IMG/VR virus record: IMGVR_UViG_3300028842_000016
Span: 1 to 48,765 of that record
Reading direction: 5' to 3' (one strand)
DNA length: 48,765 bases
Source of the DNA: a virus
This document shows, one piece after another, positions 9,306 through 19,214 of this stretch (position 1 is its first letter; the number at the start of each line of letters is the position of its first letter). Both the position numbers and the translations under genes were made by a program. A model generated the notes under the pieces. That model was not told the DNA's origin. It made no database searches and saw nothing but the letters and a program-made list of their open reading frames with translations.

Positions 9306-9817
9306 GCATTGAGCCGATCAAAATCATTGCTGACATCATTCAAACCTATATGAGGCTTGAGAATGGACAGGTGATGCTCGCCTATCAGAAGTTCAAAATC
9401 CCGACGGAAGGCCTTTTCGTGGTGATCACTGCTGTCAGTGACGTTGAAATAGCCCGCGACAGCTACATCGAAGACGCCCAGGATGGCGGCCAGAATGAGG
9501 TCGTCGATATCGCCATGCTCCACGAGATACAGATCGACATCATGTCCTTTGACGATCAGGCCCGAAAACGCCGGATGGAAGTGATCGCGTCTCTGGCCTC
9601 CATTTATTCCCAGCAGAAGCAGGTGGCCAACACGATCCAGATCGCCCGGAACGTGATGCCCATGACCGACACCTCATCGCTCGAGGTCACGCAGTACCTG
9701 AGCCGGTACACCACCCGGGTTCGGGTCGCCGCATTCCACAGGATCGTGAACGGGACCAAAGAATACTACGACGATTTCACGCAGGCCGTACCGCCATCGG
9801 TGACGGTCAACGCATGA
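9302..9817 (+). CDS. Hypothetical neck/tail-terminator-position protein
   Basis: 171 aa. GTGA overlap start. Immediately upstream of the sheath gene. Confidence 0.5.
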   Translation: MSIEPIKIIADIIQTYMRLENGQVMLAYQKFKIPTEGLFVVITAVSDVEIARDSYIEDAQDGGQNEVVDIAMLHEIQIDIMSFDDQARKRRMEVIASLASIYSQQKQVANTIQIARNVMPMTDTSSLEVTQYLSRYTTRVRVAAFHRIVNGTKEYYDDFTQAVPPSVTVNA

Positions 9818-9830
9818 CAAGGAGAAACCC

Positions 9831-11285
9831 ATGACGAACCTCAGCCCCGCAAACTTCATCACCGTCTCCCTCCAGGGCACGCCCCAGGGGCTGGCGGTTC
9901 CCAACATCAACACCGTTGCCCTGATTTCCTCTGAGCAGCCGGCCTGGTATGGGTCTCAGGATTACGCGCAATACAAGGACGCCACCTCGGTCGCTGAGGA
10001 TTTCGGGTCATCCAGTCTCGCGGCCGCCATCGCTAATGCGTTTTTCTCCCAGTCTCCCAATCCAATCCAGACGCAGGGATGCCTAGTCATTATTCCCCGC
10101 CAGCACAGCATAGCCGTGGCGGCCGACCTGACTGTCCAGGACATCAATTACAAAGCCGTGGCGACCGGAACCGGCGGGAACTCCATCACGATTGCCTATA
10201 CGACCGGCGGGACTGCCGGATCTGAAGTCGTAAGCGTCGTGGGTAACGCCATTTCGGTTCAGATCGCTTCCGGGGTCTCGACAGCCCAGCAGATTGCAGA
10301 TGCGATCGGCGCCAGTGTCGACGCTTCGGCGCTGGTCACCGCGACGATCTACGGCCAGGCCTCCAAGAAGCAGACCGCCCCGGTGAGCGTGACTAACCTA
10401 TCGGGTGGAAGTGCCAGCGGGACTGAGCCGGTTCATACGGCCATGGTCCGCACAGCGAGCCAGGTGTATTACTTCGGGGTCATCTTGGATCAGATCCCGG
10501 CGGCCGCCATCAATAGCCTGGCGGCATACGTTCAGGGCCAGGACAAGATGCTCTTTGTTTCCAGCAACGTGAAGGCCGATTTTCAGGCCAACGGAATCAT
10601 TGGGATCTTTTCCGCACGGAATCAGAATCAGGTGCGCGGGCTCTACTACAACAATGGGGTTACCAACGACACCATCACCTTCGCGGCGGCCTATGCTTCC
10701 CGTGGACTCTCAACGGACTTCTCCGGAAACCTGACCGCCATCAGCATGCACGCCAAGCAGCTGGTCGGTTTTGACCCTGACGCGACCCTGACCCAGACCG
10801 ATGTGGAGACGGCCAACGCGAACGGCGTCGACGTTTACCCAGCCTTTGGATTCCAAGGACTGACCGCGCAGGCGCGCCTGTTTACGAGCGGCGCAAACGA
10901 ATACTTCGACCAAGTCTATAACCGCATGTGGTTGAAACTCCAGCTGCAGGTGGCCGGGTTCAATTACCTCGCCCAGGCCAGCAATAAGATCCCGCAGACC
11001 GAGACGGGAATGGATGGCCTGAAAGACGCTTACCGCAGGGTCCTCGCGCAGGCGATTTCCAACGGAATCCTGGCGCCCGGGTCGTGGAACTCTCCCACCG
11101 TCTTCGGGAACGTCGCCAATCTTCACGCCAATATTAAGGCCATCGGCTACTACGTCTACAGCTTGCCTGTGGACTCGCAGCTCCAGACAGATCGGGAAGC
11201 ACGGAAAGCCCCGGTTGTGCAGATCGCGGCAAAAGAGGCAGGAGCGATTCACAGCTCGAGCCTTATCGTTCAGGTGAACCCCTAA
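9831..11285 (+). CDS. Tail sheath protein (DUF3383-like)
   Basis: 484 aa, followed by a 151-aa tube-like gene, the chaperone and the tape measure. AAGGAG RBS upstream. Confidence 0.7.
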   Translation: MTNLSPANFITVSLQGTPQGLAVPNINTVALISSEQPAWYGSQDYAQYKDATSVAEDFGSSSLAAAIANAFFSQSPNPIQTQGCLVIIPRQHSIAVAADLTVQDINYKAVATGTGGNSITIAYTTGGTAGSEVVSVVGNAISVQIASGVSTAQQIADAIGASVDASALVTATIYGQASKKQTAPVSVTNLSGGSASGTEPVHTAMVRTASQVYYFGVILDQIPAAAINSLAAYVQGQDKMLFVSSNVKADFQANGIIGIFSARNQNQVRGLYYNNGVTNDTITFAAAYASRGLSTDFSGNLTAISMHAKQLVGFDPDATLTQTDVETANANGVDVYPAFGFQGLTAQARLFTSGANEYFDQVYNRMWLKLQLQVAGFNYLAQASNKIPQTETGMDGLKDAYRRVLAQAISNGILAPGSWNSPTVFGNVANLHANIKAIGYYVYSLPVDSQLQTDREARKAPVVQIAAKEAGAIHSSSLIVQVNP

Positions 11286-11294
11286 GGAGGCTCT

Positions 11295-11750
11295 ATGCCA
11301 ATCGCATCAACGACAGGACAGGACACCCTAATCATAAACGGTCGGATCATCACGGCGCTCGCCGATGCCAGCGCGGTCGATGTGACATTCCCGAACGACA
11401 TCTCATCGGTGAAGCGCGGGAAGGACGGCAACACCATTTACGCCAAAAACGAGATGGGGCGCATGGCATCCATGACCGTGCGTATCGTCCTTGGGTCTGA
11501 AGACGACAAATACCTGAACGGATTAATCCAGCAGTGGAAGCAGTCCTCGTCAGACTTCACGCTTCTGACCGGAGCCTTTTATAAGCGCATCGGTGACGGA
11601 TCCGGGAACGTGCAGACCAAGGTTCATCAGCTATCGGGCGGGACCTTTAAAAACATGCCGGAAGCGTTGACTTCCGCCGAGGGCAACACCGATCAGAGCG
11701 TCGCCGTCTACAACCTGACCTGGGCTGACTGCGACATCTCGGTGCAATGA
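11295..11750 (+). CDS. Tail tube protein (DUF3277-like)
   Basis: 151 aa, directly after the sheath gene. AAGGAGG RBS upstream. Confidence 0.7.
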   Translation: MPIASTTGQDTLIINGRIITALADASAVDVTFPNDISSVKRGKDGNTIYAKNEMGRMASMTVRIVLGSEDDKYLNGLIQQWKQSSSDFTLLTGAFYKRIGDGSGNVQTKVHQLSGGTFKNMPEALTSAEGNTDQSVAVYNLTWADCDISVQ

Positions 11751-11751
11751 C

Positions 11752-12129
11752 ATGGCGCTAAAAACCTTCCTTCTGGGCAGCGGCGCGACGCTTGAGGTTG
11801 GTCCAGCCAACTTCGAGGAGGGCGTTGCCTTGATGGAAGCCGTGGGCAAAGCCGTTCTAGGGCAAGACCAGGAACTCCCGCTTGCTCAGGTTGTGCTGTT
11901 CAACCCTGAAGTTCGGAAGGCGATCTACAACGTGTTTCCGTGGGTCATCTACAACAAGATCAAAGTGACCCCCGCTCTGTTCAACGACCCCAGTCTCGGA
12001 GAGCGCGCCTGCTCTGACTGGTTTGAAATGGCTTCAAAGATCGTGGAGGTGAATCAGGAACATTTTTTTCCAAGGACCTCTTCCGGGTCATTAATCCCAG
12101 AAGGGGCTCTCTCAAAAAGCCGGGAATAG
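11752..12129 (+). CDS. Tail assembly chaperone, short form (lambda gpG analogue)
   Basis: 125 aa, immediately upstream of the tape measure. Contains a T7 slippery run near its 3' end. Confidence 0.65.
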   Translation: MALKTFLLGSGATLEVGPANFEEGVALMEAVGKAVLGQDQELPLAQVVLFNPEVRKAIYNVFPWVIYNKIKVTPALFNDPSLGERACSDWFEMASKIVEVNQEHFFPRTSSGSLIPEGALSKSRE

Positions 12130-12311
12130 AAGTAAAGGCGCCCACCGCGCTAGCCATCGCAATCAGGCTGGCCAAAGCAGGGTGGTGGGGCGGGAACCCG
12201 GGAGCCATTCTCCGGGCACCAATGGATGAGGTCATGGCGGCCATGCAATACGACAACTTCGTCAGCGAATACGAGATCACCGCAGTCGAACTGAACCGGG
12301 AGAACAAATAG
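11752..12311 (+). CDS. Tail assembly chaperone, -1 frameshift-extended form (lambda gpGT analogue). The shift is at 12063-12069.
   Basis: I translated the -1 frame by hand from 12063 (FFSKDLFRVINPRRGSLKKPGIEVKAPTALAIAIRLAKAGWWGGNPGAILRAPMDEVMAAMQYDNFVSEYEITAVELNRENK). It is open until TAG 12309-12311, one base before the tape-measure ATG. Confidence 0.55.
12063..12069 (+). other. Slippery heptamer T_TTT_TTT for programmed -1 frameshifting
   Basis: The zero frame reads cat ttt ttt cca. The X_XXY_YYZ rule is satisfied, and the -1 frame is open for 81 more codons. Confidence 0.55.
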
Positions 12312-13292
12312 ATGGGCTACAAGCTCGGAGAATTTTTCGTCGATCTGACAACGAAGGTCGATGACCGAAAGGTTAAAGATTTCTCCAACACCATCGGAAG
12401 TCTGCCCCTGAAGATCCTGGGAAGTCTGGCGGCTTTGGGTGGTCTTGACTTGGCTTTCATGTCGATGGCCTCCAGCACCATGGAGATGGGAACACAACTA
12501 CGTCTTTTCAGTGCGATCACCGGGGAATCGACGGATGAGCTGGAAAAATGGCAGATGGTCGCGCGCCGTGTCGGCCTGAACAACGAGGCCGCTACCGGGT
12601 CCATCACCAAGATGATTGGAGCGATCGCCCAGCTGAAGACGTATGGGACTGGGCCAGCCGCTGAAATGTTCGGTCGTCTTGGAATCACCGGGGTCACCGA
12701 GAAATCACCCTATGAACTCCTGGCAGAGATGCGGGATAAGTACAGCCGGCTTGATGTTCGACAACGGGCAGGATTCGCGCAGGTTGCCGGCAGTCTGATT
12801 GACCCCAACATGCTGCTCATGTTCTCGTCGAAATGGAGTTCGCCAGAGGCGATGTCGAAGATGAATCCGCTTCTAGGGAAGTCTGGAATTGATCAAACCC
12901 GTGATCTGACTGAAAAGCTGTCCGAGTTTACCGACACGATCCGGCGCGACTTTGTTCCTGTCCTTATCCGGTTGATCCCGGCCTTGAAAGAGTTGTCCGG
13001 ACAGATCAGTCATTTCCTCGTCTGGATGGCAAACAATAAATCTGATCCCATGGGGAGCGCCTACAGCGCAGGTGCAAAGACGCGCCAACTCTTCTCGAAT
13101 ATTTTCCATGCGCTGACCGATGACGTTCTGGTTCCCGGAATACTCGCTAATCCAGGACAGACAAACTCATTCGGTGGGATAGTCCAGAACTTTTACGGGA
13201 ACGTCGATAAGACCGACATTGACGCTGGAAATTTAGACCTCGAGCACACGTTAGTCAGGACCTCTCGAATGCTTAACCGAGGGGGTCGCTGA
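12312..13292 (+). CDS. Tail tape measure protein (short, 326 aa)
   Basis: Position after the chaperone pair. TMP-like core ITGESTDELEKWQMVARRVGLNNEAATGSITKMIGAIAQL. Confidence 0.8.
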   Translation: MGYKLGEFFVDLTTKVDDRKVKDFSNTIGSLPLKILGSLAALGGLDLAFMSMASSTMEMGTQLRLFSAITGESTDELEKWQMVARRVGLNNEAATGSITKMIGAIAQLKTYGTGPAAEMFGRLGITGVTEKSPYELLAEMRDKYSRLDVRQRAGFAQVAGSLIDPNMLLMFSSKWSSPEAMSKMNPLLGKSGIDQTRDLTEKLSEFTDTIRRDFVPVLIRLIPALKELSGQISHFLVWMANNKSDPMGSAYSAGAKTRQLFSNIFHALTDDVLVPGILANPGQTNSFGGIVQNFYGNVDKTDIDAGNLDLEHTLVRTSRMLNRGGR

Positions 13293-14209
13293 TGGCACTG
13301 ACGGACATCATGCCATCGGGAGCGTCCAACGCCGTTAATAGCGCCGCGGCGTCATCCTGGAATCCGGTCAACATGGTGACCAAGGGCCGGAATTACGCGG
13401 ATACGCTGGCCAACAACTGGCTCGTTAAGCCAGCAACGGCCGCTGGTATCGCCGGGTTCGTGTTCGATGTCCAAGCCGAGACGACTATAACCGCCGATAC
13501 CGAAGTCACTGACCACTTCACCGAGTACAACAATTTCTTTAACGATCACGCCGCGATCCGTCCTATGGAAGTGACGATGCGCGGATACGTCGGAGAACTG
13601 ACTCTGAAGGCGCCCCAGGGTGTAAATGGCCTGATCTCTGGCCTTCAGAATAAGCTGACCTCGCTGGATGCGATTCTCGGGAAATACAGCCCCCAGGCCT
13701 TCTCAAAAGTCAAAAGCGTCCTGACCAAGGCCCAGAACACGGTCAACCAGGTCGACAACGTCATCAGCCGGGCCCAGAACATTGTCGGTCTCATTGCGGG
13801 CGGATCCGCCGCTCCATCCAAGCAGGAGCAGGCCTTTTCAAAGCTCATGGCTTTACGCGAGACACGGCAGGTCTTCACACTTGTGAGCCCTTACGGTCTC
13901 TTGGCTTATTTTGACCCGATTAAGCAGAAGGGCGGCCCTAGATCCTTCATCATCAAACGGCTCGTTTTTGAGCAGGCCGAAGACAACAGCGACATCAGCG
14001 ACATCATTGTGACGATGAAAGAGGTCCGATTCGCTTCCGTTTCCTCCATCTCCCAGGGGCAGACCGCACAGGAAGCCCTGCAGAACAATTCCGGCCGGTC
14101 TGCATATCAGAGCCAGTCCCAGACAAACAAAGGGAATCAGGCCGGGAAAACGGTTTCTTTTTCAAGGCTGTCCAGATCATTCATCCCAGCGACAGGCGGT
14201 GCCGCGTGA
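13292..14209 (+). CDS. Tail/baseplate structural protein (function unassigned)
   Basis: 305 aa. ATGA overlap with the tape-measure stop. Assigned from synteny only. Confidence 0.5.
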   Translation: MALTDIMPSGASNAVNSAAASSWNPVNMVTKGRNYADTLANNWLVKPATAAGIAGFVFDVQAETTITADTEVTDHFTEYNNFFNDHAAIRPMEVTMRGYVGELTLKAPQGVNGLISGLQNKLTSLDAILGKYSPQAFSKVKSVLTKAQNTVNQVDNVISRAQNIVGLIAGGSAAPSKQEQAFSKLMALRETRQVFTLVSPYGLLAYFDPIKQKGGPRSFIIKRLVFEQAEDNSDISDIIVTMKEVRFASVSSISQGQTAQEALQNNSGRSAYQSQSQTNKGNQAGKTVSFSRLSRSFIPATGGAA

Positions 14210-14553
14210 GACAGATCACAACCATCTCAACGGACGCGGACCAGCTCATCTACATGACCCTGGATGATGGGTCGGTCCTCTCCATGGAGTTTATTTACCG
14301 CCCTGCCATTCAGCGCTGGAGCCTGAACATCAGTCATCCGAAGCTCACTCTAAACGGATTTGTGCTTTGTGTCGGACCCAACATCCTTCGCCAATGGCGG
14401 AAGCTGATCCCCTTTGGGCTGGCGGTCACGTCATCGGATGGTCAAGACCCCGTCGACATCAACGATTTTGAGTTCGGCCGGATCAGCCTGTTCCTTCTCT
14501 CTGCCTCAGAAATTGATCAGACCGAAAAAGAGATTCTGAAGGCGGCCGCATGA
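14206..14553 (+). CDS. Hypothetical baseplate-module protein (115 aa)
   Basis: GTGA overlap start. Synteny only. Confidence 0.5.
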   Translation: MRQITTISTDADQLIYMTLDDGSVLSMEFIYRPAIQRWSLNISHPKLTLNGFVLCVGPNILRQWRKLIPFGLAVTSSDGQDPVDINDFEFGRISLFLLSASEIDQTEKEILKAAA

Positions 14554-15455
14554 AATTCCTGCGCACTTATTCCATGGTGATCAAAGGCGCTCACGAGACG
14601 TGGACCTTTGGGCCTCCTTTTACGGTGAGATTCACCACCACCGCCCGGGGAACGCCGACCACAAATACCGCTCATTTCTTCGTCTACAACCTACCGGAGA
14701 AGGTGCGCAACGACATCCTCAAGGACATTTACAGCAATCTGGATTACTACCCCATGAGCTTCTCGGCGGGGTACCTCTATGAACCCTCCACCCCTCCAAT
14801 CTTCGTTGGAAACGTCCGCTGGGCCTACAGCTACCGGCAGGGTCCGGACTGGGTCACGGAGTTTGATTGCGTCGATGGTGGCGGTGCGATCGAGATTGCG
14901 AACTGTGAGGAGTCCGTCGTTTCGGGAACATCGCTCGGACAGATTTACAGAGTCCTTTGTCAGTCGATCGTTGGCGTGGAACGTGGCGTGAATGGGTTCT
15001 TCATCAGCAAATCCTTTGACTCACAGAGGGATACCCGTGGCGTCGTTCTCTCGGGGAATGCCTGGGAAGAGCTGGTCCGGCGGATTATCCCGGCAAACGC
15101 CCAGCTCTTCATCAACAAGGGAAAGATCTACATCATCCTTCAGAACGAGTATGTGAGCATCCCGGGCGGATTCTCCACCATTTCCGCCGAAACCGGGCTC
15201 ATTGGATCACCGCGCCGCCAGGAAGCCCTGACGATCGCCACCATGATGTTTGAGCCGCGCCTTGAAATTGGACAGAACGTGGAACTCGTTTCCGCATCGC
15301 CATCATCCGGAGAGCATAAGCTCCTCCAAGTCACGCACCAGGGGACCATCAGCGAAGCTGTCGATTCCGGTGACATCGTGACCGTGGCGACTTTGTTCCG
15401 TCCGGGGCCTCTTGGCCTGGCTGTGGACTCTGCCTTTGCGGGGGTGGCTGCATGA
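14550..15455 (+). CDS. Putative baseplate hub protein
   Basis: 301 aa, immediately upstream of the spike gene. Overlapping start and stop. Confidence 0.45.
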   Translation: MKFLRTYSMVIKGAHETWTFGPPFTVRFTTTARGTPTTNTAHFFVYNLPEKVRNDILKDIYSNLDYYPMSFSAGYLYEPSTPPIFVGNVRWAYSYRQGPDWVTEFDCVDGGGAIEIANCEESVVSGTSLGQIYRVLCQSIVGVERGVNGFFISKSFDSQRDTRGVVLSGNAWEELVRRIIPANAQLFINKGKIYIILQNEYVSIPGGFSTISAETGLIGSPRRQEALTIATMMFEPRLEIGQNVELVSASPSSGEHKLLQVTHQGTISEAVDSGDIVTVATLFRPGPLGLAVDSAFAGVAA

Positions 15456-16141
15456 CGACCCAATCATTCCCTGTCGTCAATCCGTCCTTCTACGAAGTGC
15501 TCCAGCAGCTCAAAGAGGAAATCTTCTCCACACTCCGGGTCTGCATGCCGGCTGAGGTGATCAGCTTCGACGGGACAAAACGGACGGCGACCGTCAAGAT
15601 CCTCGCGAAGCGGACGCTCGAAAACGGAACGTACGCCGAATACAAGCCACTCCATGACTGCCCGGTCATGACGCCGGCCGGCGGCGGGGCCTTCATTCAA
15701 TTTCCGATAGCGGCCGGCGATCAAGGGATGCTCATCTTTGCCGATCGGAATATCGGGACTTGGCTTCAAAATGGCGCGGTGGCTCCGCTTCAGGACCTTC
15801 GCGCCCACAATCTCTCTGACGGGATCTTCGTTCCTGGTCTTCATGCCTTAAACGCATCGATGCCGGCGTACCCCACAAACAAGCTCCTCCTCTCCTACCA
15901 GGGCAGCACCTTTGAAATCGATGCGGCTGGCCTGAAATTCATCGGAACGGGCGGCGCTGAGGTGGATCTGCAGGCGGCTCTCGTCACCATCAAGAACGGG
16001 ACAACCACGCTTTTGACGCTGATTAACGGTCTTATCGACGTGATCAAGGCTCTTCAGGTAACCGGGCCACTTCCTCTGACCGCTCCGTCCGTGGCCGCCC
16101 TTGAGGCGTATAAGGCCATGCTGGCGACACTGCTCGCATGA
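15452..16141 (+). CDS. Baseplate central spike (Gp138 N-terminal domain / gpV-like)
   Basis: RVCMPAEVISFDGTKRTATVKI ... CPVMTPAGGGAFIQFPIAAGDQGMLIFADR matches the OB-fold spike pattern. Confidence 0.7.
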   Translation: MTTQSFPVVNPSFYEVLQQLKEEIFSTLRVCMPAEVISFDGTKRTATVKILAKRTLENGTYAEYKPLHDCPVMTPAGGGAFIQFPIAAGDQGMLIFADRNIGTWLQNGAVAPLQDLRAHNLSDGIFVPGLHALNASMPAYPTNKLLLSYQGSTFEIDAAGLKFIGTGGAEVDLQAALVTIKNGTTTLLTLINGLIDVIKALQVTGPLPLTAPSVAALEAYKAMLATLLA

Positions 16142-16512
16142 TTTTCAGACAACTGACATCGGCCGGTGATTGGACCTTCGGAAAAGGAAAAGCGGGGTAT
16201 GCCGTGGAAGAGCAGGCCATTGAACTCAATATCAAGACACGCCTCCAAAGCTGGAAGGGCGACTGTTTTTTCGCGCTGGGTGATTTCGTCGATTGGCTCG
16301 GGCGGCTGGATAAGGGGCAGGAGACCAATCTTCTGAATGAACTCAAAAGCATCATTCTCCAGTCTTATGGCGTCGTTTCCGTCGATAGCATGACGAGCGT
16401 GTTGGACCGGACGACGCGTAACTGCCTTGTGACCTATCGCATCTCCACCGTTTTCAGCCAGTCCTTTGAGCGGACGCTCACACTGACAGCCGGACTCCAG
16501 GTAGGGGGATAG
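16138..16512 (+). CDS. Baseplate wedge protein (gpW / gp25-like)
   Basis: 124 aa, placed between the spike and the J-like gene. Confidence 0.6.
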   Translation: MIFRQLTSAGDWTFGKGKAGYAVEEQAIELNIKTRLQSWKGDCFFALGDFVDWLGRLDKGQETNLLNELKSIILQSYGVVSVDSMTSVLDRTTRNCLVTYRISTVFSQSFERTLTLTAGLQVGG

Positions 16513-16513
16513 C

Positions 16514-17692
16514 ATGTCCAGCACTTTAAACCAGTCGGGCCTGACCATTCAGTCCAAAACGAGCATAACCGCCGATCTGGTAGCGGCCTACCAGGCCATT
16601 TACGGAGCTGATATCAGCGTCGATTCAAACTCCCCCGATGGTCAGCTCATTGGAATCTTTTCCCAGGCTGTCTCGGACTTTCTGGAGCTTCTGCAGGATG
16701 CCTACAACTCCATGGCGATCGATACCTCCTACGGGCAGCGACTTGACCAGCTGGTGGCCCTGAATGGAATTTCCCGGCAGGCCGGTACTTACACCCAAGC
16801 CTATGTCTCCGTGACATCGACGCAGGCTCTGACGCTTCCTGGACAGGACCAGACCGCATCCACGCCATTCACAGTCGAAGACGAAGCCGGCAATCAATTC
16901 CAGCTGGCCGTGTCTTATACCTTTTCCGGCGCCGCCACCACTTCGCTTCTCTTCCATGCGGTCGATATCGGGAACGTGCCGACAACCGCCAACACAATCA
17001 CCAACATCGTGACGGCCACGGCTGGAATATCGACCGTCAACAACCCGTCGACAGCTTCCGATCTTACCGGGGTCGATGAAGAAACGGATGCCCAGCTGAA
17101 AGTGCGCCATGCGCAGAGTCTGAAGAAAGCCTCCATTGGCCCGAGCGATGCGATCGAAGCGGAGCTGAAAGACACTGCCAGCGTGGTGGATGCCTATGTG
17201 GTGGAAAACAACACCGGAAGCCCCGTAAACGGTGTCCCAGCCTATTCGGTCTGGGCTATCGTCAACGGCGGTGCTTCCGCTGATATCGCGGCTGCCATCT
17301 ACGCCAAGAAGTCCCCGGGTTGCGGAATGAAGGGAAGCACCTCCTTTGCTGTGACACGTCCCAATGGATCCATCTTTACCGCGCAATGGGACGCGGCGAT
17401 CGCTCAGTCCCTTTACATCAAGTTCAGCATCATCTGGAAAGGTGCCCAGACCATGTCCAATGCCGACATCGGAACGGCTCTGGCTCAGGCGCTTGTTTAC
17501 AAACTGGGTGAAAATCCGAGCATCGGAGACATCGTCACCGCGATGGCATCCATAGCCCCCACAGCCATCGTGACCATCAACAGCGCTACCCAGGGGGTCT
17601 CTACGAATGGGTCGACCTGGGAAAGCATGGTTCAGCCGACGGATGCCCAGCATTACTTCACGGTTTCGGCCGCGAATATAACGGTGAGCTGA
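16514..17692 (+). CDS. Baseplate J-like protein
   Basis: 392 aa. N-terminal ADLVAAYQAIYGADISVDSNSPDGQLIGIFSQAVSDFLELLQDAYN is typical of Baseplate_J. Confidence 0.8.
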   Translation: MSSTLNQSGLTIQSKTSITADLVAAYQAIYGADISVDSNSPDGQLIGIFSQAVSDFLELLQDAYNSMAIDTSYGQRLDQLVALNGISRQAGTYTQAYVSVTSTQALTLPGQDQTASTPFTVEDEAGNQFQLAVSYTFSGAATTSLLFHAVDIGNVPTTANTITNIVTATAGISTVNNPSTASDLTGVDEETDAQLKVRHAQSLKKASIGPSDAIEAELKDTASVVDAYVVENNTGSPVNGVPAYSVWAIVNGGASADIAAAIYAKKSPGCGMKGSTSFAVTRPNGSIFTAQWDAAIAQSLYIKFSIIWKGAQTMSNADIGTALAQALVYKLGENPSIGDIVTAMASIAPTAIVTINSATQGVSTNGSTWESMVQPTDAQHYFTVSAANITVS

Positions 17693-18306
17693 TGACGACT
17701 CAAGACCTGATCGATTACTACAAGGGCCTGCTGATCCTTCAGTATGCGACTCAGCCGAACGCCCTGGCCACGGTGGATGCCGTGATCAAGGCGCTGGTTC
17801 AGGATCAGATCGTCTCAAAGGTCAGAGACGCTTTTGATCTGGAAACGGCCATCGGCGCTCAGTTGGACATTGTCGCGTCATATCGCGGTATCCCTCGTGT
17901 CGTCTTTGGTGTCGTGCCCGACGAAGACTGGTCTTTGATGGAGTACAGCGACGCCGACAACTCGCTGTACGGATGGATGGAATATTCCGATGCGGATCCT
18001 TTCATCAACTGGCTGGAATACAACGATTTAAACGGTGTTCCAAAGTCCCTCACTGACACTCAGATGCGCCGACTAATAAAGCTCGTCGCAGGTCTCCACT
18101 CTTGGGATGGAGGGCTTGGGAGTCTAGACCGGATTCTTTTCAGCACGTTTGGCCATTACGTGAACGTGGTGGACAACCTGAATATGAGCGTGGTTTACCA
18201 GCATCAAGCGATCGATCCTGACACCGATGGGCTTTGGGATGTAGCGATTCTGGCCAATGTCCTGCCGCATCCATCTGGGGTCGCGTTCACAACCGTGGAG
18301 GTCTGA
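17692..18306 (+). CDS. Baseplate protein (DUF2612-like, gpI position)
   Basis: 204 aa. N-terminal LIDYYKGLLILQYATQPNA is typical of DUF2612. It follows the J-like gene. Confidence 0.65.
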   Translation: MTTQDLIDYYKGLLILQYATQPNALATVDAVIKALVQDQIVSKVRDAFDLETAIGAQLDIVASYRGIPRVVFGVVPDEDWSLMEYSDADNSLYGWMEYSDADPFINWLEYNDLNGVPKSLTDTQMRRLIKLVAGLHSWDGGLGSLDRILFSTFGHYVNVVDNLNMSVVYQHQAIDPDTDGLWDVAILANVLPHPSGVAFTTVEV

Positions 18307-18307
18307 T

Positions 18308-19201
18308 ATGTCGAAATTAACGCGCGTTTTCCAGAACCTGTTTGGGCGAGATGGTGATCAAAGTCATTTTGGTCAATTCGGATCCCGGGTGACCCCGTTG
18401 ACCGGATTCCCAACAAAAGACCCGAACAGCATCCAGGCTTTATCAGCCTTCGTCAATAACGGATGGAAGGATGCGATCGTTGGGCTCAAGAAAACCCCGA
18501 CCCTGGAAGACATGAACGGTCTGATGTACCTGATTTTCTATCAGCTCTGCTATGGGTTTCAGGAAGGTGTCCCGGAGTGGAACTCAGCGACGACCTATTA
18601 CATCGGGAGTGTCGTCAAAAAGTCTGGGACCTTTGAGTTCTACGGATCTCTCACAGACGGGAACGCTGGGAATGCGCTTCCAAGCAAGACGGACAACGGA
18701 TACTGGCACTATCTTAACCCTCCCTCTGTCCAGCCAGGAATAGTCGATGCGGCCGCGGGCCCAAATGCTCCTTTCGGTTACCTGAAATGTGACGGAACAG
18801 ATTACGCCTCTGCGTCTTATCCAGACCTCTCCACCTACTTGGCCGGGACATGGGACACCTTCAGGGGCCAGTCTTCTCCTGGAGCTGGTCGGTTCAGAAC
18901 ACCAGCACTTCAAGGATTGACGCTTATTGGTGTCGGAGGAGCACTGGGAGGGGTCAGCGCGCGGACGCTGGCTCAGTACGTTGGAGAGGAACAGCACACG
19001 CTGACCACGACGGAAATACCTGCGCATAGTCATCCGTACGGAAAGCTAAACCCGGCAATCAACGTCGACAACACGGGATCTACTCGAGTCGCTATTTTCG
19101 ATTCTGACGGAACTGGTGGATCAACGTCGAATGCAGGTGGTGGAGCAGCGCATAACAATATGCAACCGAGCGCCGGAATTAATTGGGTCATCAAATACTG
19201 A
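18308..19201 (+). CDS. Tail fibre protein with C-terminal phage tail collar domain
   Basis: YLKCDGTDYASASYPDLSTYLAG ... RTPALQGLTLIG ... EEQHTLTTTEIPAHSH ... GGAAHNNMQPSAGINWVIKY is the collar-domain signature. ATG 18308 lies inside track ORF 18257-19201. Confidence 0.8.
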   Translation: MSKLTRVFQNLFGRDGDQSHFGQFGSRVTPLTGFPTKDPNSIQALSAFVNNGWKDAIVGLKKTPTLEDMNGLMYLIFYQLCYGFQEGVPEWNSATTYYIGSVVKKSGTFEFYGSLTDGNAGNALPSKTDNGYWHYLNPPSVQPGIVDAAAGPNAPFGYLKCDGTDYASASYPDLSTYLAGTWDTFRGQSSPGAGRFRTPALQGLTLIGVGGALGGVSARTLAQYVGEEQHTLTTTEIPAHSHPYGKLNPAINVDNTGSTRVAIFDSDGTGGSTSNAGGGAAHNNMQPSAGINWVIKY

Positions 19202-19214
19202 TAAGGAGACTGCC

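Noticed and set aside
16625-17653. 342-aa minus-strand ORF opposite the baseplate J-like gene
   Set aside because: Arg/Gly-rich antisense artefact. The plus frame carries the Baseplate_J signature.
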